Sequence record: SRR22947725_4314
Length of the DNA: 64,000 nucleotides
Direction: 5' to 3' (one strand)
Under the pieces are notes generated by a model. That model saw only the letters and a program-made list of their open reading frames with translations. It had not been told where the DNA came from and searched no databases. Positions 56,151-64,000 of the stretch are shown here, in pieces. The position numbers and the translations under genes were made by a program. How positions within the stretch are numbered: the stretch's first letter is position 1; every line of letters begins with the position of its first letter.

Positions 56151-56642
56151 TCAGTCAGCGCCGTCGACGGCTTCTGCTTCGCTGGCCGCCAGACCGTTGG
56201 CAATCGACGTGAAGATCGACGCCATGGCCGCAACTTGATCTGCGTCGAGGTGATCGAACACCCGTCGACGAACACTGTCCACATGGTGGGGAGCAGTCCG
56301 CTCGAGCAATTCGCGCCCGGTGGCAGTCAGTGACCCCATCATCACGCGACGGTCAGCGGGCGAGCTCTGGCGCGAGACGTATCCGTCAGCGACCAGCCGA
56401 TCAAGGCGGCGAGTGAGACCGCTCGGCGAGAGTTGGAGAATGTCCGCAAGATCACACATCCGCATTGACTGATCTTCGGCCTCGGAGAGGTACACGAGGA
56501 CCTGGTAGTCCCCGAGAGTGAGGCCACGGCTGGCGAGGTCTCGCTCGATCGCATTGATCAGATCACCCTGTACCTCGATGTAGGCCCGCCAAGCATCCAT
56601 CTCACGTGAGGTCAACCAGTTACCCACAGACGTTGTGCTCAC
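56151..56642 (-). CDS. MarR-family regulator
   Basis: LT..DY.VL..LSE, MRM.DLA, SGLTRRLDRL, DRR. Confidence 0.9.
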   Translation of the reverse strand: MSTTSVGNWLTSREMDAWRAYIEVQGDLINAIERDLASRGLTLGDYQVLVYLSEAEDQSMRMCDLADILQLSPSGLTRRLDRLVADGYVSRQSSPADRRVMMGSLTATGRELLERTAPHHVDSVRRRVFDHLDADQVAAMASIFTSIANGLAASEAEAVDGAD

Positions 56643-56704
56643 GCTTCCAGGATATCGGAAGGCCGTCACGGGACACGACGGCGTGGCCCCAGTGACGTCG
56701 ATGC

Positions 56705-57925
56705 TCAGGCAATCCGTTCCGCAACGGCTTGGGCGCACCGCCGACCGGAATACAGTGCCCCTTGCGTCGATGCGGTGTCGCGATGGTCACCGCACACGAA
56801 GCGGCCGTCGGTCATCGCAACCGCTTGCTTGGGTGAGAACGGAGGCTGTTGCCCAGGCTGGCCATGGGCGATCCGGTACGTGTCGATGTGGTCCCAAGTG
56901 TCGACCTGTGCGCCCCACCAAGATCGGAGCTGCCGGCGAGCCACCGTCGCCAGGTCGCCATCAGCATGGCCGGGCATGGCTGCAGCGATGAGGTGGCGTC
57001 CCGCTGGAGCGTAGCTTGGCGCAACGTTGCTGATCACGGCCACGTTGAGGACTGGGCCGGTACCCGTGCCATCGAGAATGACGAGCTTGGTGTCGGTCGG
57101 CGCCGCGTCAGCGGCGAAGTAGACACATCCGACTGCCTTCGATGCGACGGTGGGCAGACCGAGCAGTGCTGATGCGGCGGGACCCTCGGTCGCGACCACA
57201 ACGGCGTCATGCTCGACGTGGACCCCACCGTTGATGGTGACCGAGTTGGCAGTGGCAGAGGCCACCGGCGTTTCGAGCCGAATGGTTTCGGCAGGCAGGC
57301 GAGCAGCAAGCTGGTCCGGGATTGCCTGCATGCCAGCGGCGGGGACAACCGAGTCGCCGTCAGCAAGCATCCGGAAGATGATGTCGAACATGCGCCGACT
57401 GTCGCCAAGATCAGGGTCGAGCTGAATGCCGCCGACCAGTGGCGTGAAGAATCGCTCGATGATGCGGTCAGAAAAGCCGAACTTGGACAACGCGTCGTGT
57501 GTGGTGATGTCGTCGTTCTGCAGCAGCTTCGACGGGTGCACGCTTCGAACGCGGTGACGCAACTGAGCAATGCGCGCCTTGTCGAGCAGCGATCCAATGG
57601 GCGCGGTCGCGGTCGCGAAGGTCGCGCGGGGCATCCGGAACGGATCAGCAACAACTGACCCTTTGCCATTCCGCCAAACCAGGGCGCCGGGATCGAAAGC
57701 CTGGAGGTCGAGAGCCTCTATGTCGAGCTGTCGATGCATCTCGGGATACGCGGTCAACGCCACTTGGAATCCGCGATCCAAAGTGAAGCCATCGACGATG
57801 TCACTGCGAACTCTGCCCCCGACGCCGTCACTCGCCTCGTAGACGGTCACGTCCACTCCGGCGGCATGCAATTCGTTGGCACAGGCGAGGCCGGCCAGTC
57901 CGGCGCCGATGATGGCGACAGTCAC
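56705..57925 (-). CDS. FAD-dependent oxidoreductase (amine oxidase family)
   Basis: IIGAGLAGL, VGGRVRSD, DRGFQV, CGDH...S.QGAL.SG. Confidence 0.9.
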   Translation of the reverse strand: MTVAIIGAGLAGLACANELHAAGVDVTVYEASDGVGGRVRSDIVDGFTLDRGFQVALTAYPEMHRQLDIEALDLQAFDPGALVWRNGKGSVVADPFRMPRATFATATAPIGSLLDKARIAQLRHRVRSVHPSKLLQNDDITTHDALSKFGFSDRIIERFFTPLVGGIQLDPDLGDSRRMFDIIFRMLADGDSVVPAAGMQAIPDQLAARLPAETIRLETPVASATANSVTINGGVHVEHDAVVVATEGPAASALLGLPTVASKAVGCVYFAADAAPTDTKLVILDGTGTGPVLNVAVISNVAPSYAPAGRHLIAAAMPGHADGDLATVARRQLRSWWGAQVDTWDHIDTYRIAHGQPGQQPPFSPKQAVAMTDGRFVCGDHRDTASTQGALYSGRRCAQAVAERIA

Positions 57926-58839
57926 CGGCCCAGGACCGCGCGCAGAGCTGTCTCGAGGTCAGGGTGCTCAAATGTGAAGCCGGCGTCATCCTGTAAGACC
58001 TGTGGGAACACCTTCTGGCCAGTGAAAAGCAGGTTCTGGGCTAGTTCGCTTCCGAGCAGCAACTTCGGCCCGAATTTCGGCGTCGGCAGGAACGTCGGAC
58101 GCTTGAGCACGCTGCCCAGCGTGTTGGCAAAGTCTGCCTGCGTCGTCGGCTGTGGTGCGGTCAGGTTGACGGGGCCAGCGATGTCGCCGGTGAGGAGATG
58201 GGTGATTGCCCGCACCTCGTCGTCGATGGAGATCCAACTCCACCATTGCTCACCCGAGCCGATCGTGCCGCCTGCACCGAGCTTGAATAGCGGCAACTGC
58301 TTCTTGAGAGCGCCGCCCTTGGCCGAGAGCACGATGCCAGTTCGGAGGAACACCACGCGGACTCCGGCCGCGGTTGCGGGCTCGGTGCACTGTTCCCACT
58401 CGACGGTGAGGTCGGCGAGGAAGCCTGTACCCGGCGTCGAAGTCTCGTCAAGGTCTTCGTCGCCTCGCGCGCCATAGACGCCGACCGCTGAGCCCGACAG
58501 CAGCACCTTCGGGCCGTTGCTGCATGCAGCGATGGCATTGGCGAGCAACGCTGTTCCTTTGGTTCGACTTTCGACGAGGACTCGCTTGTAGTCGTCCGAC
58601 CAGCGTTTGTCGCCGATTCCAGCGCCCGCAAGGTGCACCACAGCATCGATCCCCTCCAACTGGGCGGCGAGATCTGCGACGGCAGCTTCTTGGTCAGCTG
58701 TGCCGTTCGGTGACCAACTGATCTCGTTGTCGCCGGCCACGCGGCGGACGACTCGGACAGGGGTGTGGCCGACGGATTCGAGATGGGTCATCAGAGCAGT
58801 TCCGACAAGGCCTGAGGATCCGGTAATTGCAACGCGCAT
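57922..58839 (-). CDS. YfcH/TIGR01777-family NAD-dependent epimerase-like protein
   Basis: ITGSSGLVG, HLAGAGI..RW, SGSAVG.YG, LRTGIVL, SWISIDD. Confidence 0.92.
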   Translation of the reverse strand: MRVAITGSSGLVGTALMTHLESVGHTPVRVVRRVAGDNEISWSPNGTADQEAAVADLAAQLEGIDAVVHLAGAGIGDKRWSDDYKRVLVESRTKGTALLANAIAACSNGPKVLLSGSAVGVYGARGDEDLDETSTPGTGFLADLTVEWEQCTEPATAAGVRVVFLRTGIVLSAKGGALKKQLPLFKLGAGGTIGSGEQWWSWISIDDEVRAITHLLTGDIAGPVNLTAPQPTTQADFANTLGSVLKRPTFLPTPKFGPKLLLGSELAQNLLFTGQKVFPQVLQDDAGFTFEHPDLETALRAVLGR

Positions 58840-58956
58840 ACCAAGGACAGTACGACCCGTTCGCGCCGGAGACCACTTGTGAGTCCGAATCGCGTGTGTT
58901 CTCGGGTCAGAGCCCGATCAGCAAGATGCGGACTGTCGCGACGAAGTCGAGACGGC

Positions 58957-59586
58957 TCAGGCTTCAGAGATGATTTGATCGAGCAACGCGCCGTTGACGG
59001 CGCCGGCAACCGATTCGATCGAGCCGTCGGTCTTCACGATCGCCATGGCGGGCTGGAACGCCACGTCGAATCGGTTGTAGATAACGCCAGGGTCATCGTT
59101 GATCTGCGGAAAAGTCAGACCGTGCTTGTCGATGAACCCCTGGAATGACTCATCGTCGCCGGTCCATGCGATTCCGATGAAGTTGACGGAGTCACCGAAC
59201 TTTGCTGCTGCCTCCTCGACCGAGGGGGCTTCACGATTGCAGGTGCTTCAAGTGGGAGCCCAGAACCAGAACACTGTCGGTTTGCCGGCCAGGGTGGTGG
59301 CATCGAGTTCGCCACCGCCAACGAGTGGAGCGCTGAACTGCAGCGCGGCGGGGGCGGCGGACGCATCGCTGTCAGATATCGCATCGTCGCCGGCTGCTGC
59401 ATCACCAGTTACCTCAGCGGCAGGAACCTCTGCAGCGGGCACCTCGGTTGCTGGCTCGACCGCGACCTCCCTCGCCGGTGGCGCTGTCTCGTTCTCCGTC
59501 GCCGAGTCGGTGGCTGACCCACCGCTACACGCCGTCAACAGCAGGCTGCCCGCAGCGATGGCGCCAAGCACCCGTGTCGACTTCAT
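58957..59586 (-). CDS. TlpA/ResA-like thioredoxin-fold lipoprotein with UxxC (probable selenoprotein, 209 aa)
   Basis: Lipobox LTAC; WFWAPT-TGA-STC-NREAP; frame stays open for 96 more codons of Trx fold (FIGIAW, HGLTFPQIND, VAFQP). Confidence 0.82.
59210..59229 (-). promoter_or_regulatory. Candidate bacterial SECIS hairpin
   Basis: GCCCCCUC-GGUC-GAGGAGGC; G-first apical loop 26 nt after the UGA. Confidence 0.6.
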
Positions 59587-59778
59587 GCCGGCACGCTAAC
59601 GCTGGCGCCAGTGGGTGACGGCCCGTGCCTCCTAGGTTTCGCGGACGTTTCGCGGTCATCACGATCACCGTCACCATCGCCATGACCGTCACCATGGCGA
59701 CCAGTATCCCGATCAGCGTGCTCCAGCGAGCGGGATGCGCGCTCGCACCCGCAGATCCGGCCCGTAGCCTTTCTGACG

Positions 59779-60204
59779 ATGAAGACGCGGACCCTGTTGC
59801 TGCTTTCGGTCGGGACAGCACTGATGATCTTGCTCGCCGGTGGTGCGCTGCTGTTCCAGTTGTCCAACCAGGAGTCGACGGGCGCCTCGCTCGCGTTCGG
59901 GCAGGCAACGACTGTTGGCGACGTCGAGGTGACCGTCAATGGATCAGACGTCGTCGCCGACACGCTCGTCGTTTCGGTGGCAATCTCCGGAGTGGACGAC
60001 ATCGACGGTATCGAGAGCTTCCGTCTCGTCACGGGCGATCGACGGCTGGACCCCATTGCTGCACCAGCAGCAGGTCGTTGTGCCGAGATCACAGTTGCCG
60101 TGCAAGAGTGCGCCATCGAGTTCGACATCAGCGCCAGTCAAGGCACGAGCCGAGTCCTGGTCTTGCGTCGTGGTGAAGATCAAGCGACATGGCGGCTCAG
60201 CTGA
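59779..60204 (+). CDS. Hypothetical exported or membrane-anchored protein
   Basis: MKTRTLLLLSVG... hydrophobic N-terminus, beta-rich domain with two Cys. Confidence 0.75.
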   Translation: MKTRTLLLLSVGTALMILLAGGALLFQLSNQESTGASLAFGQATTVGDVEVTVNGSDVVADTLVVSVAISGVDDIDGIESFRLVTGDRRLDPIAAPAAGRCAEITVAVQECAIEFDISASQGTSRVLVLRRGEDQATWRLS

Positions 60205-60351
60205 CCGGTTTGGCGACGACTGCAGAACCCACCGCACAGCCCCTCGCACAACGCCTGTCGATCGCCATTCCCGCGTGCCTGGTGGCCGGACCACTGGTTA
60301 CCGGCGGGTACCGCGGGACGGGTGGCCAGGATGGCGCTACCGTGCTGGACG

Positions 60352-61755
60352 ATGAGTGATCAGTTTGACGTCATAGTGATCGGTGGGGGCCCAGGTGGGT
60401 ACTCCGCAGCCCTGTACGGAGCATCCGCCGGGCTCAACGTGGCCCTGGTTGAAATGGATGCACTGGGTGGCACCTGCCTCAACCGTGGCTGCATTCCGGC
60501 CAAGGCGTTCCTTGAGACCGCCGCGGTGAAACGACACGTCGACCATGCGGCAGAATTCGGTATCAATCCCGGCGGCCCGGCGACGGTCGACTTCGCACGG
60601 ACCCAGGAGCGCAAACAGGGCATCGTCGATGGTCTCGTTGGCGGCATCGCTGCGATGTGCAAGGGACGCAACGTTGAAGTGTTCAACGGAACCGGCTCGC
60701 TCGGTCCAGGTCGCACCGTCGGCGTTGCGATGAACGACGGTTCAAAGGCGATCATCACGGGAACCAACGTGATCCTCGCCACCGGCTCAGTACCACGCAC
60801 CATTCCCGGCTTCGACCGAGGTGGCCCCATCATGACGAGCGACGAGGTGCTTGACCTCGACTACGTCCCGTCGCGTGTCGCGGTCATCGGTGGCGGAGCC
60901 ATCGGCTGCGAGTTCGCTTCCACGTTCGCCGATCTCGGTGCCGAAGTCACCATTCTCGAGGGAGCTCCGAAAATCCTGCCAGGCCTCGACAAGGACGTCG
61001 CGAAGGTCGTCGAGCGCTCGTTCAAGAAGAAAAAGATCGCTCTGAAGACCGGGATCATGGTCAATGGACACGAGCCGAACGACTCCGGTGGCACGAAAGT
61101 CAACTTCGGTGACGGCGAGAGCGTCGAGGTCGATGCTGTGGTCGTATCCGTGGGCCGCCGACCGCTGGCCGATCATCTCGGTCTCGAGGGCACCGCCGTT
61201 GTCGTTGACGAGCGTGGCTTTGTGCAGATCAACGAGTTCTGTGAGACCGGCGAGCCTGGCGTCTACGCCGTCGGCGACTTGATCAACACCCCGCAACTTG
61301 CGCACGTCGGCTACGCCGAGGCGATTCTCACCATCAAGCACCTGCTCGGCGAGTCACCGATGCCAGTGATGTACGACAAGGTGCCTTGGGCCATTTACTG
61401 CCACCCCGAAGTTGCCTGGGCCGGGCCGGGCGAACAGCAGGCGAAGGACGCCGGCCACGACGTCGTCGTCGGCAAGCACCCGTTCAAGTTCAACAGCCGC
61501 GCTCAGATCGTTGGCGAGACCGAAGGCCTCGTCAAGGTCATCGCCAAGAAGAATGCTGATGGCACCGCTGGCCAGATTCTCGGCGTTCATATGGTCGGCC
61601 CCTGGGTCACCGAGCAACTGTCCGGTGGCTACCTGGCCGTCAACTGGGAAGCCACCGTCGACGACGTCGCGGAATTCCTGCAGCCTCATCCGAGTTTGAG
61701 TGAGTTGTTCGGCGAAACCGTGCTCTCTCTCACCGGCCGCAATTTCAACGGCTGA
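60352..61755 (+). CDS. lpdA: Dihydrolipoyl dehydrogenase (E3)
   Basis: GGGPGGY, GGTCLNRGCIPAK, GGGAIG.E, HPSLSE. Confidence 0.97.
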   Translation: MSDQFDVIVIGGGPGGYSAALYGASAGLNVALVEMDALGGTCLNRGCIPAKAFLETAAVKRHVDHAAEFGINPGGPATVDFARTQERKQGIVDGLVGGIAAMCKGRNVEVFNGTGSLGPGRTVGVAMNDGSKAIITGTNVILATGSVPRTIPGFDRGGPIMTSDEVLDLDYVPSRVAVIGGGAIGCEFASTFADLGAEVTILEGAPKILPGLDKDVAKVVERSFKKKKIALKTGIMVNGHEPNDSGGTKVNFGDGESVEVDAVVVSVGRRPLADHLGLEGTAVVVDERGFVQINEFCETGEPGVYAVGDLINTPQLAHVGYAEAILTIKHLLGESPMPVMYDKVPWAIYCHPEVAWAGPGEQQAKDAGHDVVVGKHPFKFNSRAQIVGETEGLVKVIAKKNADGTAGQILGVHMVGPWVTEQLSGGYLAVNWEATVDDVAEFLQPHPSLSELFGETVLSLTGRNFNG

Positions 61756-61812
61756 TCACGCCGGCCTAACTCTTCAGCACGACACCAGTTACGACTTCAG
61801 TAAGGACACCCC

Positions 61813-63219
61813 ATGGCAGACGTCATTCTTCCTCAGCTCGGCGAGACCGTCACCGAAGGCACGATCACACAGTGGTTCAAGAGCGTCGGTGACACCGTCG
61901 CCGAAGACGAGCCGTTGTTTGAGGTGTCGACTGACAAAGTCGACACCGAAGTGCCGTCGCCAGTATCGGGCACGCTGACCGAGATCCGCGTCGAAGAAGG
62001 CGACACCGTCGATGTCGGCACCGTGATTGCCGTCGTCGGAGATGCTGACGGAGCCGCACCGGCAGCTCCTGCTGCAGAACCCGCCGCTGCAGCCGCTCCG
62101 GCTCCCGCTGCGGCTCCGGCTCCGGTCGCAGCCCCGGCTCCTGCTCCTGCTCCCGCTCCGGCCGCGGCTCCCGCTCCGGCTCCGGCGCCTGCTCCGGTCG
62201 CAGAGTCGACCACCGCTCAGGCGGGCGACAATCGCCTGCTCTCGCCGGTCGTCCGCCGACTCGTCAACGAGAACGGCCTCAACCCCGACTCCATTGCCGG
62301 AACGGGTCCCGGAGGTCGCATCACTCGCGATGACGTGCTCGACCACATCGACGCCAAGAGCACCGGAACCGCTGCCGCAGCACCGGCTCCGGCAACGCCC
62401 CCACCCGCCGCGCCCGCTGCAGCAGCGCCCGCTGCAGCGGCGCCTGCTCCCGTCGCGCCGGCTGCCGCAGCACCCGCTGCTGCCGCACCCGCAGTCGCAG
62501 CTGGCGAACGTGACGGCTCGGTCCGTCTGTCCAAGATCCGCCAGCTCACCGGTGCTCACATGGTGATGAGCAAGGCCGTCAGCCCGCACGCCTTCAGCGT
62601 GGTCGAAGTGGACTTCGCCAACGTCGACGTCGTCCGCAACAAGGTCAAAGCCGACTGGAAGGCACAGCACGGTTTCAGCCTCACCTACCTGCCGTTCATC
62701 TCGCGTGCGGTCATCGACGGTCTGCGTGAGTTCCCGCATCTCAACGCGAGCGTGGGCGACACCGATCTCGTCGTGCACAACTTCATCGATCTCGGCATTG
62801 CCGTCGACCTCGACTACGAAGGCTTGCTCGCGCCGGTCATCCGTGACGCTGAGACCAAGCGCCTCGGTGCTATCGCGAGCGAGATCTCCGACCTTGCAAA
62901 CCGTGCTCGCGATCGCAAGCTCAGCCCCGACGAGATCTCCGGCGGCACCTTTACGCTGTCGAACAACGGCTCGGCTGGCTCGGTGCTCACGATGCCGATC
63001 ATCAACCAGCCTCAGGTCGGCATCATCTCGACCGACGCAATCGTCCGCAAGCCGGTCGTCACGAAGGGGCCGGACGGCGGCGAAGCGATCGCCATCCACC
63101 CGGTCGGCAACCTCGCCATGAGCTGGGACCACCGTGCCTTTGACGGCGCATACGCCGCTGGATTCCTCAAGCGGGTGAAAGAGATTCTCGAGACCAAGGA
63201 CTGGTCAACCGAGCTGTGA
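61813..63219 (+). CDS. sucB: 2-oxoacid dehydrogenase E2 dihydrolipoamide acyltransferase (SucB/DlaT type)
   Basis: Lipoyl TDKVDTE, E3-binding domain GTGPGGRIT..D, Pro/Ala linkers, DHRAFDG. Confidence 0.93.
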   Translation: MADVILPQLGETVTEGTITQWFKSVGDTVAEDEPLFEVSTDKVDTEVPSPVSGTLTEIRVEEGDTVDVGTVIAVVGDADGAAPAAPAAEPAAAAAPAPAAAPAPVAAPAPAPAPAPAAAPAPAPAPAPVAESTTAQAGDNRLLSPVVRRLVNENGLNPDSIAGTGPGGRITRDDVLDHIDAKSTGTAAAAPAPATPPPAAPAAAAPAAAAPAPVAPAAAAPAAAAPAVAAGERDGSVRLSKIRQLTGAHMVMSKAVSPHAFSVVEVDFANVDVVRNKVKADWKAQHGFSLTYLPFISRAVIDGLREFPHLNASVGDTDLVVHNFIDLGIAVDLDYEGLLAPVIRDAETKRLGAIASEISDLANRARDRKLSPDEISGGTFTLSNNGSAGSVLTMPIINQPQVGIISTDAIVRKPVVTKGPDGGEAIAIHPVGNLAMSWDHRAFDGAYAAGFLKRVKEILETKDWSTEL

Positions 63220-63228
63220 TCGTGCGCC

Positions 63229-64000
63229 ATGGCTGATCCGCTGCGCGTCCGCTGGTTGGGCACCGTGCCCTACCGCGAGGCGCTGGCCGTCCAAACCTCA
63301 CTGTTTGAACACGGCACAGGGCAGCACCTGTTGCTGCTCGAACATCCGCACGTGTTCACCTACGGCCGCACCGCTGATCTTGCGACCAACCTGAAGTGTG
63401 AGCCTGCGACGGTCGGCGCTGAACTCGTTGCGGCCAAGCGCGGTGGCGACATCACGTATCACGGCCCCGGTCAGCTCGTCGGGTATCCGATTCTGAACAT
63501 CGACAACAAGCTCGGGGCTACCGGCCACGTCTGTGGCGTCGAAGGCTTGATCATCGACGTGCTCACCGAACTCGGTGTGCCGAACGCTGGGCGACTCGAG
63601 GGGTATGCCGGAGTCTGGCTCGATGCCGGCACCGAACGGGAACGCAAGATCTGTGCAATCGGGGTGCGACTCAAGAAAGGGCGCACGATGCACGGTTTTG
63701 CGCTCAACGTGGCGACGGACCTGGCGTTCATGCGCGAACACATCGTGCCATGCGGCATTGGGGACAAGCCGGTCACGTCGCTCGCCGAAGAAGGCATCGA
63801 CGTCACGATGGAACAGGTTGCCGCCGTTGTCGCCCGCTGTGCAGCAGACCGGTGGGCTGCTGGCGTGGCAGAACGACAGGACGTGGCATGGCGACACGCT
63901 GCCAACGGGCGCGACCTCACCGCGTTCTCACGCGGTGAAGGCCCTGGTGAGCAAGTCAAACTTGTGTCCAACCGTGCCGCAGTTCGCCTCGAAGATGCCG
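63229..64000 (+). CDS. lipB: Octanoyltransferase LipB domain; ORF runs off the window
   Basis: Manual translation: LLLLEHPHVFTYGR, RGGDITYHGPGQLVGYP, KICAIG, HGFALN, IVPCGI; no stop before 64000. Confidence 0.92.
   Translation, partial: MADPLRVRWLGTVPYREALAVQTSLFEHGTGQHLLLLEHPHVFTYGRTADLATNLKCEPATVGAELVAAKRGGDITYHGPGQLVGYPILNIDNKLGATGHVCGVEGLIIDVLTELGVPNAGRLEGYAGVWLDAGTERERKICAIGVRLKKGRTMHGFALNVATDLAFMREHIVPCGIGDKPVTSLAEEGIDVTMEQVAAVVARCAADRWAAGVAERQDVAWRHAANGRDLTAFSRGEGPGEQVKLVSNRAAVRLEDA

Noticed and set aside
59655-59705. His-rich frame (HHDHRHHRHDRHH) between divergent genes
   Set aside because: It is a short CAC/CAT low-complexity tract with no convincing start, and other frames read equally plausibly.
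62050-62500. GCTCCG/GCAGCA-type low-complexity repeats
   Set aside because: They encode the ordinary Pro/Ala linkers of E2 and are not a CRISPR array or VNTR element.
1-64000. CRISPR arrays, tRNA/rRNA genes, transposases, integrases, phage genes
   Set aside because: I found no regularly spaced repeats, cloverleaf structures or recombinase motifs.

Overview
This is a high-GC actinobacterial window; gene content and the apparent leaderless promoters suggest Acidimicrobiia (Ilumatobacter-like), which is an inference. From left to right it holds the end of a suf locus (sufS plus a degenerate sufC), xylA, a divergent pyk, and a vapBC toxin-antitoxin pair with a palindromic operator. Next is a diverged tandem duplication of [short ORF in a structured RNA + 74-aa protein + alpha/beta hydrolase lacking the catalytic Ser]. 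A cell-surface glycan region (about 6-11 kb and 16-45.5 kb) follows, with many GT2s, methyltransferases, wecE, galE, two Wzm/Wzt exporters and three small coiled-coil/GT modules. The right end has aceE, rnhA, a SpoIID-SGNH fusion, an Oat2-like argJ, a UGA-containing thioredoxin-fold lipoprotein, and lpdA-E2-lipB. Three signals stand out. (1) A duplicated RNA element of about 220 nt shows compensatory base changes and carries a Cys-containing 14-16 aa ORF whose codons pair with a downstream hairpin loop. (2) A probable UxxC selenoprotein has a SECIS-like hairpin and is truncated in the ORF track. (3) Several enzymes have substituted catalytic residues. I saw no CRISPR array, rRNA, tRNA or transposase. 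Start codons and family calls come from reading motifs only; no database searches were run.
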